This document shows positions 21,322 through 31,175 of a stretch of DNA of 64,000 nucleotides, piece after piece. The stretch spans positions 320,001 to 384,000 of the forward strand of contig CAWFGO010000001.1 in assembly GCA_963815455.1 (NCBI GenBank). Reading direction: 5' to 3'. The stretch comes from an uncultured Verrucomicrobiae bacterium. Lineage in GTDB: Bacteria > Verrucomicrobiota > Verrucomicrobiia > Chthoniobacterales > UBA10450. The position numbers and the translations under genes are program-made. The notes under the pieces were generated by a model that worked only from the letters and a program-made list of their open reading frames with translations, was not told the origin of the DNA and did not search any database. How positions within the stretch are numbered: position 1 is the first letter of the stretch; each line of letters begins with the position of its first letter.

Positions 21322-21398
21322 TGTAGCCGAGGGCGCCGACCTCGGCCAGCCCAAGATTTTCACGCCAAAGAATGCCGCGGTCAGCGCCCGCGGCTACA
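21322..21398. repeat. GTAG-tagged REP doublet at fdhD 5' side
   Basis: 21322-21347 is the exact reverse complement of 20455-20480. Confidence 0.85.
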
Positions 21399-21427
21399 AC
21401 TCGCAGGAAGAATCAACCGATGTTATC

Positions 21428-21904
21428 ATGAACGCCGTGGAAATCTGTCATCTTTACATTTCGCCGGGGCACAATTTTGTCGATCATCACGGGCGTGAAC
21501 CGGATAAGTTTCCGGCGATTGAGGTCGAGACAATCGAATGCGTAGCCGGCCGCGGAATCCGAGGCGATCGCTATTTCGATCACAAGGAAGATTACAAAGG
21601 CCAGATCACATTTTTCTCCGAAGAGGTTTTCGACGAACTCTGCGGCGCCTTACAGGTCGAGGGCAGCTCGCCGTCGCTCCCGCGGCGAAACGTGATCACG
21701 CGCGGGGTCGATCTAAACGAATTGATCGGAAAGGAATTTGAAATCCAGGGCGTGCGTTTTTTTGGCACTCAGGAATGTGCCCCGTGCCATTGGATGGACG
21801 ACGCGATTGCTCCCGGTGCCAAAGAACTTCTCAAAGGCCGCGGCGGTCTGCGGGCAAAAATTCTCAGCGATGGCGAATTGCGTTCCAACAATCTGCCATC
21901 CTGA
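21428..21904 (+). CDS. MOSC domain protein
   Basis: GIRGDRY, RRNVITRG, CAPCHWMD, GGLRAKIL. Confidence 0.88.
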   Translation: MNAVEICHLYISPGHNFVDHHGREPDKFPAIEVETIECVAGRGIRGDRYFDHKEDYKGQITFFSEEVFDELCGALQVEGSSPSLPRRNVITRGVDLNELIGKEFEIQGVRFFGTQECAPCHWMDDAIAPGAKELLKGRGGLRAKILSDGELRSNNLPS

Positions 21905-21972
21905 GCGGAGTCGAAGGATCTCATTATTTTTCAGAAAGGAATTAGAGACCTCTCGACTTCACTCGACATGAC
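21895..21972. repeat. GTCAT...ATGAC-family palindromic element overlapping the MOSC stop
   Basis: GCCATCCTGAGCGGAGTCGAAGGATCTC ... GAGACCTCTCGACTTCACTCGACATGAC. Confidence 0.8.
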
Positions 21973-21999
21973 AGGAATCGAGATCGCGCGCATAACTCT

Positions 22000-22172
22000 G
22001 TCATCCCGAGCCCAGCGCCCGCCAGGCCGTAGCTTTATGCGAAGGCTGGAGGGACCTCTCTTCCGGTCGAAGGGACGCAAGCGTTCATTTCGTCTAGATC
22101 GACAGCGACGCGCTGCGAAACACGGCATCATATTCTTCATTCGTGGGATCCTTCGCCTTCGCTCAGGATGAC
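22000..22172. repeat. Long GTCAT...ATGAC element (MITE-like), interior shared with 28279-28417
   Basis: Shared core CTCTCTTCCGGTCG...ATCGACAGCGACGCGCTGCGAAAC...TTCTTCATTCG. Confidence 0.85.
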
Positions 22173-22178
22173 AGGAAG

Positions 22179-22767
22179 ATGACAATCAGCGCAGTGCTAC
22201 TTGCCGGCGGTGAATCGCGCCGGATGGGCCAGGACAAGGCGACCGTTCTTTTCGACAGAAAACCGCTTTGGCAAATTCAGCTCGATCTCCTGCGCAAATT
22301 GCAGCCGTCGGAAGCTTCTTGTTTCCGCGAAAACGGATCCGGCCTGGCGACCGTCGGACGTAGTATTCGTGCCCGACAAACTGCCGTCACGCGGCCCGCT
22401 TGGCGGACTGGCAGCAACGTTAGGCCGGATTCGAACGAAACACTTGCTGGTTCTGGCCATTGACATGCCATTTATGAACGAAGAACACTTGCGCTTTCTT
22501 TGTCGACAGATCGAACCCGGCTGTGGGATTCTGCCGATGATCGGCGACCAGGCCGAACCGCTGGCGGCGGTTTATCCGATCGAAGCGGATGTCGATGTTG
22601 CCGCCGCGCTTTCCGGCGCCGATTTTTCGATGCAGGCGCTTACGAATCGACTTGTGAAGGCCGGTAAATTGCGCGTGGTTCAAGTAGCCGGCGAAGAGCG
22701 CAGTTTCTACCGCAATCTCAATGAACCCGCCGATATGAAGGACGCGAATCAGGGCGAAAAATCATGA
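22179..22767 (+). CDS. mobA: Molybdenum cofactor guanylyltransferase (frameshift near 22320)
   Basis: LAGGESRRMGQDKA then GPLGG, LAIDMPF, EPLAAVY, NLNEP. Confidence 0.88.
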
Positions 22768-23063
22768 CCGAAGATAATCAAGAATTGTTGGAGCGCGCCG
22801 ACCGCGACATCAACGACGAGACTGATCAGCCCACAAGCTTTTGGCAGCAGAACATCAAGATTGCCCGGCGGATAATCGTCGCCGTGGTCGGGACAACGGT
22901 TTTGCTATTCGGTATTGCTCTAATTCTTTTGCCCGGGCCCGCAGTCATCGTAATTCCGATCGGGCTGGCCATTCTGGCAACGGAGTTCGCCTGGGCGCGG
23001 CATTGGCTGAAGAAAATTCGGCAGGTCACCGATAAGGTCGTTTTCTGGAAAAGAAAGCCGTAA
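22764..23063 (+). CDS. PGPGW-like small membrane protein
   Basis: LPGPAVIVIPIGLAILATEFAWAR. Confidence 0.85.
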   Translation: MTEDNQELLERADRDINDETDQPTSFWQQNIKIARRIIVAVVGTTVLLFGIALILLPGPAVIVIPIGLAILATEFAWARHWLKKIRQVTDKVVFWKRKP

Positions 23064-23104
23064 CCTGTTCAATGGCGGTTTGACCAACATCGCCGCCGAT
23101 CACA

Positions 23105-23891
23105 ATGGCTGACTTGATCCAGAAAATTGCGGATTCGTCCGACTCTGAGTTGACTGCGCCGCCGGAGCGGGCGGACGAGATTTTCCTGGAAGGGCCGCGC
23201 TCGCGTTTCGAAGAAGCGATTACGCTTTTCAAAGTGATGCGCGATTTCCTGCGCGGGTTTCGCGTCCTGCACTTTGTCGGTCCGTGCGTGACTGTTTTCG
23301 GCTCGGCCCGAATCAAACCGGACGCTCCCGCTTACGAGACCGCCCGCAAAATGGGAGAGATGATCGCCCGGCTCGGGTTTACCGTGATGACCGGTGGCGG
23401 TCCCGGCATCATGGAAGCGGCCAATCGCGGCGCCAAAGAAATCGGCGGGCGCTCAGTCGGGTGCAACATCGAGCTGCCGTTCGAGCAGGCGCCTAACGCC
23501 TATCTCGATCGTTGCGTAAAGATGCATTATTTTTTCGTCCGCAAAGTTCTGCTTCTGAAATATTCCTACGCCTTCGTATTCATGCAGGGCGGCGCTGGCA
23601 CCTGCGACGAATTATTTGAAGCGCTCACGCTCATTCAAACCGGCAAAATAAAAAACTTTCCCGATTGTGGTGATGGGAACCGATTATTGGCGGGAACTGA
23701 TCGTCGATGATCAAAAAATGGCCGACAACAAAATGATCGCGACTACCGATCTGGATCTCCTTTACGCAACCGATTCGGTCGAAGCCGCTATCGAACACAT
23801 CCGAGAAAAGGCCATCAAACCCTTCGGGCTCAAACGCGTCCCGCGTCGCAATTTGCCCTGGCTCGGCGAACAGGGATTGCTGAAATCCTGA
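23105..23891 (+). CDS. LOG family Rossmann-fold protein (frameshift near 23660)
   Basis: TVFGSAR, TGGGPGIMEA, GG.GT.DELFE. Confidence 0.88.
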
Positions 23892-23900
23892 ACTGTCGGG

Positions 23901-24389
23901 TTAGATCTCGAGCCTGGCTGGCAAACGTGGCTGTTTTCGAGACGACAGAGCCGGGCGCGTTTTCTTCCCCAGCAGGATGTGAATCAGGAGCAGAACGGGC
24001 AAGGCCAAACCGACTGCAAGATGAATCCAGCTTGTCCAAGCGCGAAGCTTTTCGCCACCGGCGTAGTAAAGTCCGTAACCGGTTATTGTCAGAATGCCGA
24101 ACACGCTGAGAAAGAGCGCGCCGTTTCCGCGGTTGCGCCCGGCGCGCCAGGCGAACTTGACGTGCGCAGTTAATACGGTCCCGATCAAGACTAGGATTGC
24201 CATCGCTGCGGCGCCGTGGATTTTCATGGCCCAGGTCTTTGCCTTGGCCAAGAAATCGTCGGATGGCGGTGCGAGATAATTCCAATACGCCCAGACCGCG
24301 CCGCTGAAGAAAAGGAGCGCGAGCACGGCGTAAAGAAAATATCTGTGGAAACGCTTCAATCGGATTGAGTCTGGTCGCGGGTGTCGCAT
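23901..24389 (-). CDS. 4-TM membrane protein with four His (putative di-haem cytochrome b)
   Basis: KIHGAAA, LTAHVK, WIHLAVG, LLIHILL in or near TM helices. Confidence 0.6.
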   Translation of the reverse strand: MRHPRPDSIRLKRFHRYFLYAVLALLFFSGAVWAYWNYLAPPSDDFLAKAKTWAMKIHGAAAMAILVLIGTVLTAHVKFAWRAGRNRGNGALFLSVFGILTITGYGLYYAGGEKLRAWTSWIHLAVGLALPVLLLIHILLGKKTRPALSSRKQPRLPARLEI

Positions 24390-25273
24390 GGCGATTGGAA
24401 CCTCCAGCTTGGCGAGCCGTCACGCTCAAGCAACAATGCATCGGCGCGGTAACGTGCCAGGACCGGCGCGGCTTCTTCGCGCAGCGCGAGAACGATTTTC
24501 GTAAGCGCGTCCGCCGTCATGCAATCTGCCGCCGCCACGGTGACGCTGATCGGTTTTCGGCAGCATCGACCGGTGCGCCCATCCAGGAGCGGACTAACGA
24601 TCGCGCCGCGGACCCTGCGTTGCTCGAAATATATTCCCGAAGTGGCCATGGCGCGTTGGCGCAGCTTCACCGCTCCAGCCGGCCTGGTTGGATCGGCCGG
24701 ATGCCGGAGGTAAACGATCTCCGATGTCGATCCAAAAACGCGGAGATCGCCGCCGGCATTCACGACTCCGCCGGTGGCGCCGTTCTTTTTCAATGCTGCA
24801 ACGCCTCGATCGACCGCGAAACCTTTGGCGATTCCGCCAAGATCGACAATCACCCGGCGGCGAAAAAAGATTTCGCAGTTTTTCCGGAGAACAATATCGC
24901 GCGAATTGGCGCCGGCCTGGAAGGGATAGCCATGGCGGGGAAGATAGGCCCACCTGGCAAGATGCGGCGCAACGGTGATGTCGAACGTTGCATGACTGGC
25001 CAGAGCAAATTCGCGGGCGGATTTCATCACTCGCCAGGTCCAGGGATGGACCGTTAAGCCTCTTGGAAATGCGTCACGATTCATCCGGGAGACATCGCTT
25101 CGCTGGTCATGAAAACTCATAAGCCGGTGGATTTTTTCAATTACTCGAAAAGCGGCCTCGATTGCGCGCTCGAGATCGACATCGTTCCGGCCGCGAGCGG
25201 CGATTTCCACAAACGTTCCCAGCAACGGCCGGCAACGACGAATCTCAACCTCAGCGTTTGAGCACAATTTCAT
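24356..25273 (-). CDS. apbE: FAD:protein FMN transferase
   Basis: LLGTFV, FDITV, DLGGIAKGFAVD, VNAGGD, ATSG, ADALTK. Confidence 0.92.
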   Translation of the reverse strand: MKLCSNAEVEIRRCRPLLGTFVEIAARGRNDVDLERAIEAAFRVIEKIHRLMSFHDQRSDVSRMNRDAFPRGLTVHPWTWRVMKSAREFALASHATFDITVAPHLARWAYLPRHGYPFQAGANSRDIVLRKNCEIFFRRRVIVDLGGIAKGFAVDRGVAALKKNGATGGVVNAGGDLRVFGSTSEIVYLRHPADPTRPAGAVKLRQRAMATSGIYFEQRRVRGAIVSPLLDGRTGRCCRKPISVTVAAADCMTADALTKIVLALREEAAPVLARYRADALLLERDGSPSWRFQSPCDTRDQTQSD

Positions 25274-25775
25274 ACAATGCGAGCAGGCGCTTCACGCCGT
25301 CGGTCACGTGGCGACAGCTCAAGGTCGCGCCGCTGATGTTCTTGATGTCGCGATCGAGTTTGAGTGTCGATTGGCCGGTCTTGCCGACGAATTGCGCGCG
25401 CCATTTCTCGTCACGGATTTCGCCGCCGTAAGTTTCCCGGTAATCCATGATCTCGACCTGCTTGACGGAACCGTCGGCGTTGAGGCCGACCGCGTAGGTG
25501 ATGAATTCATGTTTGCCGACAACTTCATCGACAATGAACCAGCCGCCGCCGCCTACGCGCCAGATCTGCTGGTCATCACGTAACACACGCACGCCGCCGG
25601 CCCGCTCGATCGCTTTGCGTTGAGCGCTGGTGAGCTTGACCGGCGCGGCGGTAAGAGATTTCCCAGGAAAAATCGCGCGCTGCGCTTGATCGACGCCGAG
25701 ATATTGCACCGCAAACGCGGACGGCGCGACCAGTGCGGAAATTGGCAGCGCGATAAAGGCGAATTCGGATCTCAT
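25251..25775 (-). CDS. Exported FMN-binding (flavinylated) protein
   Basis: Signal peptide; YRETYG and NISGATLS flavinylation motif. Confidence 0.9.
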   Translation of the reverse strand: MRSEFAFIALPISALVAPSAFAVQYLGVDQAQRAIFPGKSLTAAPVKLTSAQRKAIERAGGVRVLRDDQQIWRVGGGGWFIVDEVVGKHEFITYAVGLNADGSVKQVEIMDYRETYGGEIRDEKWRAQFVGKTGQSTLKLDRDIKNISGATLSCRHVTDGVKRLLALYEIVLKR

Positions 25776-25787
25776 CAGGCGGTTGAT

Positions 25788-26623
25788 TTAAAAATTGAAG
25801 CCGACTTTGAAGCGCACGATCTGACGCTGCTCTTCAGCAAAGGTCTGGCCGTTCGCCGGCTCGTCCACGCCCTTGCCATAAATCTGATAGTTCCACGTCA
25901 ACGTCGCCCACCAGCGTTGTTGCGAGTAATGCATCGTCGGCCCGGCGTAATAGACGCGGTGCTCGAAAAAGTTCAGATCGAACAGCGGATATTCCCAGCG
26001 GGTATGAATTTCCGCACCGGCAAACCAATTCGGGGCGAAGCGATAGGTCGCGCCGGCGGCGCCTTCGAAGGAAATCTCGCGCGGGTATCCTCGGCCGGCT
26101 GTTTGCCCCAAGCCCACTCGACGCCGAAATCGACGGCGCAGATCAGCCGGTCCTCGAAGAAATCTTTTTGCAGATCGATCTCCGGTTTGATGTAACGATC
26201 GTGCTGCCTCAGGCCATCGACTTCATCGTTGATCAAATAGCCGGCCTCCAGACGAAAGGCCAGGCCGAGCGGATCCTTGAACGGACTTAGGACTCGATAT
26301 TTCGCGGCACTTTCCACGCCTCCAAAGCGATAGTTGTTTCGATTGGGAAGCCCGGGAACATCTTCATTATGGAAGTAATGTTGCACCAGCGAGACACTCA
26401 CCTGGAGCTGATCGAGAATGCCGTATTCGTATTCCGTTTCGAAATCGCGGCCGTAATACGTGCCGCCATCTTTTCCCTGACGCATGGTAACGAATTGATA
26501 AAGTTCCGCGTGTCCCGCGGGCAATGTCTCCGCGCCACGGACAAAGCCAAAGAGCTGCTCGTCCCCGCGCGCGATGGAACCGGCCAAAAAAAATGCAAAC
26601 ACGAATATCGGCCGGATTTTCAC
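25788..26623 (-). CDS. Outer-membrane beta-barrel (DUF6662-like); frameshift near 26095
   Basis: Signal peptide, DEQLFGFVRGAETLP.G..E, alternating beta pattern, terminal KVGFNF. Confidence 0.75.
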
Positions 26624-26740
26624 GCCACGACTCCTAACACCGTGAAACGAAGCGCGCTGCCGGGCGGTTGCTAATTTTTGACGCTTAGTTGCAGTGCAAT
26701 CGAGCGCACGCAGGACAATTCAACATCAGTCCGCAGGCGA

Positions 26741-28201
26741 CTAAGACTGCTTTGGCTTGAGCAGTGGGAACAAGATCACGTCGCGGATCGATTCCGCGCC
26801 GGTGAGGAGCATCGACAACCGATCGATGCCGAGCCCGAATCCGCCGGCCGGCGGCATGCCGTGCTCGAGCGCGAGCAGGAAATCTTCGTCGATCTTTTGC
26901 GTTTCTTCGCCGGCTTGTTCGAGCAGACGCTGGCGTTGCACAATCGGATCGTTCAACTCGGTGTAGCCGGGCGCGATCTCGGCGCCGTCGATGATTAGCT
27001 CGAATACATCGACAACGGAATTGTCTTGCGCGTTTTGCTTGGCCAGGGGAACCAACTCTTTCGGGCAATGGGTAACAAAAAGCGGGTCGATCGCTTTTTC
27101 CTCGATCAGCTTTTCAAAAACGTGCTGGGTCACTTCGAAATCGGCCAACTGCGGCAGAATTTCCAGGCCAAGTTCTTTCGCGCGTCCACGACGTCTTTCG
27201 CTCGTGATGTCGAACCAGTCTTTGCCAGCGATCTCGCGGATAAGATCGACATAGCGAGCACGACGCCATGGCCGCTTCAAGTTGATCGTTCGCACGACTT
27301 TTCCTTCGGCATCGCGATGTTCGACCTGGAGGGACCCGCAAACTTTTTCGGCCAGATGACAGATTAGTTCCTCAACGAGGTCGGCGATTTTTTCGAAATC
27401 GGCGTAAGCCCAATAGGCTTCGAGCATGGTGAACTCGGGATTATGTTTACGGGAAATGCCTTCGTTGCGGAAATTGCGATTGATCTCGAAGACCTTATTG
27501 AATCCGCCGACGAGAAGGCGTTTCAAGTAAAGCTCGGGCGCGATGCGCAAATAGAGATCGATTCCGAGCGCTTTATGCCGGGTTTGGAACGGCTCGGCCG
27601 CGGCGCCGCCGGCAACCGTTTGCAACATCGGCGTCTCGACTTCGAGAAAGCCGCGGTCTTCGAAAAAGCGACGGGCCTCGCGCACCATCGCGATCCGCTT
27701 TTCGAAAATCTCCCGCGATTGTTCGTTGGAAATAAGATCGAGATACCGCTGCCGGTAACGGGCTTCGACACCCTGAAGCCCGTGCCATTTCTCGGGCAAC
27801 GGCCGGAGAGACTTGGCCAGCATCTGGAATTTTTTGACCTTGAGCGTTGGCTCGCCGGTCTTGGTGAGGAAACATTCGCCTTCAACGCCGATGAAATCGC
27901 CCAGATCGAGTAACTGGAAAAGTTCTATCACTCCCGGACCGACTTCTTTGGCGTGGATATAAACCTGGATCCGTCCGGTGGCGTCGCGAAGATCGACAAA
28001 GTGACTCTTGCCCATGTCGCGATGGGCGGTGATCCGCCCGGCGGCGCGAAGGGTTTCGCCCTCCTTGAATTTTTCGCGCACCTCCGCGACCGAGCCACTC
28101 GGCTCGAATGCGGTCGTGCCACCAAATGGATCGATCCCTTTGGCGCGCAACGCGTCGATTTTTTTACGACGCAGCGCAATCAGTTCGTTTTCTTCATCCA
28201 T
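26741..28201 (-). CDS. lysS: Lysyl-tRNA synthetase (class II)
   Basis: RYRQRYLDL, YLRIAPELYLKRL, FRNEG, GMPPAGGFGLGIDR. Confidence 0.97.
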   Translation of the reverse strand: MDEENELIALRRKKIDALRAKGIDPFGGTTAFEPSGSVAEVREKFKEGETLRAAGRITAHRDMGKSHFVDLRDATGRIQVYIHAKEVGPGVIELFQLLDLGDFIGVEGECFLTKTGEPTLKVKKFQMLAKSLRPLPEKWHGLQGVEARYRQRYLDLISNEQSREIFEKRIAMVREARRFFEDRGFLEVETPMLQTVAGGAAAEPFQTRHKALGIDLYLRIAPELYLKRLLVGGFNKVFEINRNFRNEGISRKHNPEFTMLEAYWAYADFEKIADLVEELICHLAEKVCGSLQVEHRDAEGKVVRTINLKRPWRRARYVDLIREIAGKDWFDITSERRRGRAKELGLEILPQLADFEVTQHVFEKLIEEKAIDPLFVTHCPKELVPLAKQNAQDNSVVDVFELIIDGAEIAPGYTELNDPIVQRQRLLEQAGEETQKIDEDFLLALEHGMPPAGGFGLGIDRLSMLLTGAESIRDVILFPLLKPKQS

Positions 28202-28278
28202 GTTCAGCGAGCGAATGTAAAGCGGTGCGCGGGCTTCGCCACGTTAAATCGATCCATGGAGATCGCGCGTACAACTCT

Positions 28279-28417
28279 GTCATCCCGAGCACTGCGAGGG
28301 ATCTCTCTTCCGGTCGCAGGCATGCAAGCGCTCACATCGTCTGCATCGACAGCGACGCGCTGCGAAACGCGATAGCTGTTCTTCATTCGCGAGGTCCTTC
28401 GCTTCGCTCAGGATGAC
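28279..28417. repeat. Long GTCAT...ATGAC element (MITE-like)
   Basis: Arms GTCATCCCGAGC / GCTCAGGATGAC; interior homologous to 22000-22172. Confidence 0.85.
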
Positions 28418-28578
28418 AAGAAGAGCGAAGCATGGCCTGAGCCCCCTTTCGCGTGGAGCTGCGGCCCGGGCGGCGCTTCGCTCAACATGACATGTTGCCC
28501 ATGTGATTATGTAACGAAGCACTTTCGGCTGAATTGATTTGCAATGAAAAGATCGACAATGAGATACTCGGGGGACAA

Positions 28579-29049
28579 ATGCCTGTCGATTTACCGCAAA
28601 CAACCCAGAAAATGGGCGGACCGCTGGTCAAACAGTTCTCGGTATTTCTTCCGAACAAGGTCGGGGCGATGTTGGATGTGGTGAAGCTGCTCAATGCCCA
28701 CGATGTTCATGTGGTCGCCTTGAGCGTTTCCGAATCGACCGACTCGGCCATTGCCCGGATCATCGTGAGCGACCCGGACGAGGTGCAAGATTTGTTCAAG
28801 GAGAAGAACATCGCGTTCGGCCTGTGCGAAGTGGTGGTGGTGGAACTGCGCGAGGTGGCGACGCAATTGGTGAAACTTCTGGCGGCGCTGTTCATGGCGG
28901 AAGTGAACGTGCATTTCACTTATCCGTTGCTAACCCGGCCGCACGGTCTCGCGGCCATCGCTCTGCATGTGGACGATACCGATTGCGCGTCGTCGGTTCT
29001 GATGGGCGAAGGATTCAAGATCCTGAGCCAGAGCGAGATCTCGCGGTGA
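28579..29049 (+). CDS. Tandem ACT domain protein
   Basis: VKQFSVFLPNKVG...EVNVHFTY. Confidence 0.85.
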   Translation: MPVDLPQTTQKMGGPLVKQFSVFLPNKVGAMLDVVKLLNAHDVHVVALSVSESTDSAIARIIVSDPDEVQDLFKEKNIAFGLCEVVVVELREVATQLVKLLAALFMAEVNVHFTYPLLTRPHGLAAIALHVDDTDCASSVLMGEGFKILSQSEISR

Positions 29050-29250
29050 AAACCGCGAATTCCTGATTTGGAAATTCGCAAGGACCGTGTTGTTTATCAG
29101 GTAGGGACGGTTCTCCGAACCGTCCGTAGAATTGTCCATTCCTGCCTGCCGCGCCGTAGGCCATGCGAAGGCGGGTCCATTCGTGGTTAAAACGCTTCCC
29201 GGGTTGACAGGTTTGGCATTGCGCGTTTACAGAAATGGCACGGTTTTGCC

Positions 29251-30351
29251 ATGCGAGTTCTGACTCTTTCCACTTCGCCGCACGCCGATCGGAGCTTCCA
29301 GATCGGTCTCGGGCTGGTTGTGCTTTTCGCCGTGGCGGAACTTTCGACCACCAGTTATTACTATCTGCGCCGGTTCCGCGTGGCCAAGCCCGCGGGAGAA
29401 TCGATCGCCGCGGTAACCAAGCCAAGCGTGGCCCCGCGCATCACGCCGCCTCCGATGCGAGCGACGCCTCCGCCGGCAACAGCCGCTCCGCCCGCAGTTG
29501 GAGGGCCGCGCAGCGTAGACCGGCTGGTTCAGGAAGCGACCGTCTTCCGCGGCAAAGGCGACATGACCAACGCCCTTGCCCGGTTACACGAAGCCACCGG
29601 GATCGAACCGAAGAACGCAAAAATTCTCGAAGAAATGGCGAAGACTTACGACACGATGCAACTCACCGAACCCGCCAACGACACCTGGCGAAAGATCCAG
29701 GAACTCGGCCCTTCAGCGGGCGCGTCCTACAACATGGCGGTCGCACGATTGAAAACCGGCGTGCCGACCCCGGCGCCGGCAACCGCGCCCACGGTCGCGC
29801 CGGCAGTAAAGCCGGCACCCGCGGGTCCACCCACGGCGGAGGCAACCCCAAGCGGAACGGTATTTTCGATCGCGCAAGTCAAAGCAAGCGAGGAGCCCGA
29901 TCCGGACGCGGACACGAACCTGACCCTGCGCATTGCAGTGAAGAAGCAGGCGGATGCGGTGATCGATCACACCAAGGTAAAAATCCAGGTGTTCTTTTAC
30001 GACACGGTCGATGACAAAGATATCAAGCTCACGAATGCGGAAGTAAATTACGAATGGGTCACGACGAAACACGATTGGGCCGGCCCCGACCCGGAGGTCC
30101 TCTCGGTCAATTATTTGCGGCCAAAAAACAAGGCGATGACATCGGAAGCGGCACTGGCGGCGGCCGCAGCTTCAGTGAATCCCGGAAGAAAAGGCAAGCC
30201 GGTGAACCCGAGCCCGCCTCAGGATGCCGGGAAACGGGTGTATCTCGGTTATATCGTGCGCGTTTACTATCATGACGAGCTGCAAGCCCAAAAGGCGGAA
30301 CCAAGACGGCTCCTAAAACTGTTCCCTCCCTCCGCGCCCGCATCGCCCTAA
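29251..30351 (+). CDS. Membrane-anchored TPR and Pro-rich hypothetical protein
   Basis: N-terminal TM, TPR-like ALARLHEATGIEPKNA, Pro/Ala linkers. Confidence 0.75.
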   Translation: MRVLTLSTSPHADRSFQIGLGLVVLFAVAELSTTSYYYLRRFRVAKPAGESIAAVTKPSVAPRITPPPMRATPPPATAAPPAVGGPRSVDRLVQEATVFRGKGDMTNALARLHEATGIEPKNAKILEEMAKTYDTMQLTEPANDTWRKIQELGPSAGASYNMAVARLKTGVPTPAPATAPTVAPAVKPAPAGPPTAEATPSGTVFSIAQVKASEEPDPDADTNLTLRIAVKKQADAVIDHTKVKIQVFFYDTVDDKDIKLTNAEVNYEWVTTKHDWAGPDPEVLSVNYLRPKNKAMTSEAALAAAAASVNPGRKGKPVNPSPPQDAGKRVYLGYIVRVYYHDELQAQKAEPRRLLKLFPPSAPASP

Positions 30352-31034
30352 TGCAATTGCTCATCGTGCACCGCGACGCCGCGCTGGGCGAGCAACTGGT
30401 GCAAATGGTGAAGGATTACACCGTGCACGAGTGCGATCTCGTCGCCAGCAACTCCGCCGCGATCGATTGGGGCCGCGCCCACGGCCAGTGCACGTTGCTA
30501 TTGACCCAACTCCAGGACGACGGCCTGGATGGTCTCGCTCTCGGCGGTCAGCTCAGTGAAATTTTTCCCGGCTTGCAGACGCTGTTTCTTCCGGCTTATC
30601 CCGCCGCCGACCAGCGCCTGGAAGTGGCGAACACAAAAGTTTTTCCAGAACCGATCGATGGCGAAGGTCTTCTCGGCGCGATCGCGCGCGCCGAGGCAGC
30701 CACCCCGGGTACGCCGGATTGGTTTCATGTTGTCGATGTGTTGCAGATGTGTTGTCTTAGCCGGAGGGGCGGAGCGATCCAGATGGTTAAGGGAACACGA
30801 AGCGCGATTGTGTTTTTGCGGGGCGGCCAGATTGTGCATGCGGAAACGACGGCTTGTCGCGGCAAAGATGCGTTGTTGGAAATGATGGCGTGGGAATTCG
30901 TCGAGTTTGCCTACGACGGCACGGTCCGTCCGCCGGTTGAAACGATCCGATCGCCATGGGACGGCGTGTTGATCGAGGCCGTGGCACGCCATAAACAACA
31001 AAAGCTGGCTGAGGACCTGCGGCAGCGAGCCTGA
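30351..31034 (+). CDS. Degenerate receiver domain + DUF4388-like domain
   Basis: LLIVHRD...LLLTQL...DGL; VVDVLQMCCLSRRGG...GQIVHAE. Confidence 0.75.
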   Translation: MQLLIVHRDAALGEQLVQMVKDYTVHECDLVASNSAAIDWGRAHGQCTLLLTQLQDDGLDGLALGGQLSEIFPGLQTLFLPAYPAADQRLEVANTKVFPEPIDGEGLLGAIARAEAATPGTPDWFHVVDVLQMCCLSRRGGAIQMVKGTRSAIVFLRGGQIVHAETTACRGKDALLEMMAWEFVEFAYDGTVRPPVETIRSPWDGVLIEAVARHKQQKLAEDLRQRA

Positions 31035-31053
31035 AGCGACTGCAAGAAAATTT

Positions 31054-31136
31054 GTCATGTCGAGCGGAGTCGAGACATCCCGTTGCAACAACTTCCAGGT
31101 AACCCCTCGGGATTCCTCGACTTCGCTCGGAATGAC
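31054..31136. repeat. GTCAT...ATGAC-family palindromic element
   Basis: GTCATGTCGAGCGGAGTCGAGACATCCC ... GGGATTCCTCGACTTCGCTCGGAATGAC. Confidence 0.85.
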
Positions 31137-31175
31137 GGTTCATTTATGCAACGAGTTGCGTTATTTTACCCGGTC

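Noticed and set aside
28483..28497. Perfect palindrome CAACATG-A-CATGTTG as an operator for the ACT gene
   Set aside because: Its left half is the degenerate right arm of a GTCAT...ATGAC repeat (CTTCGCTCAACATGACA), so chance origin is likely.
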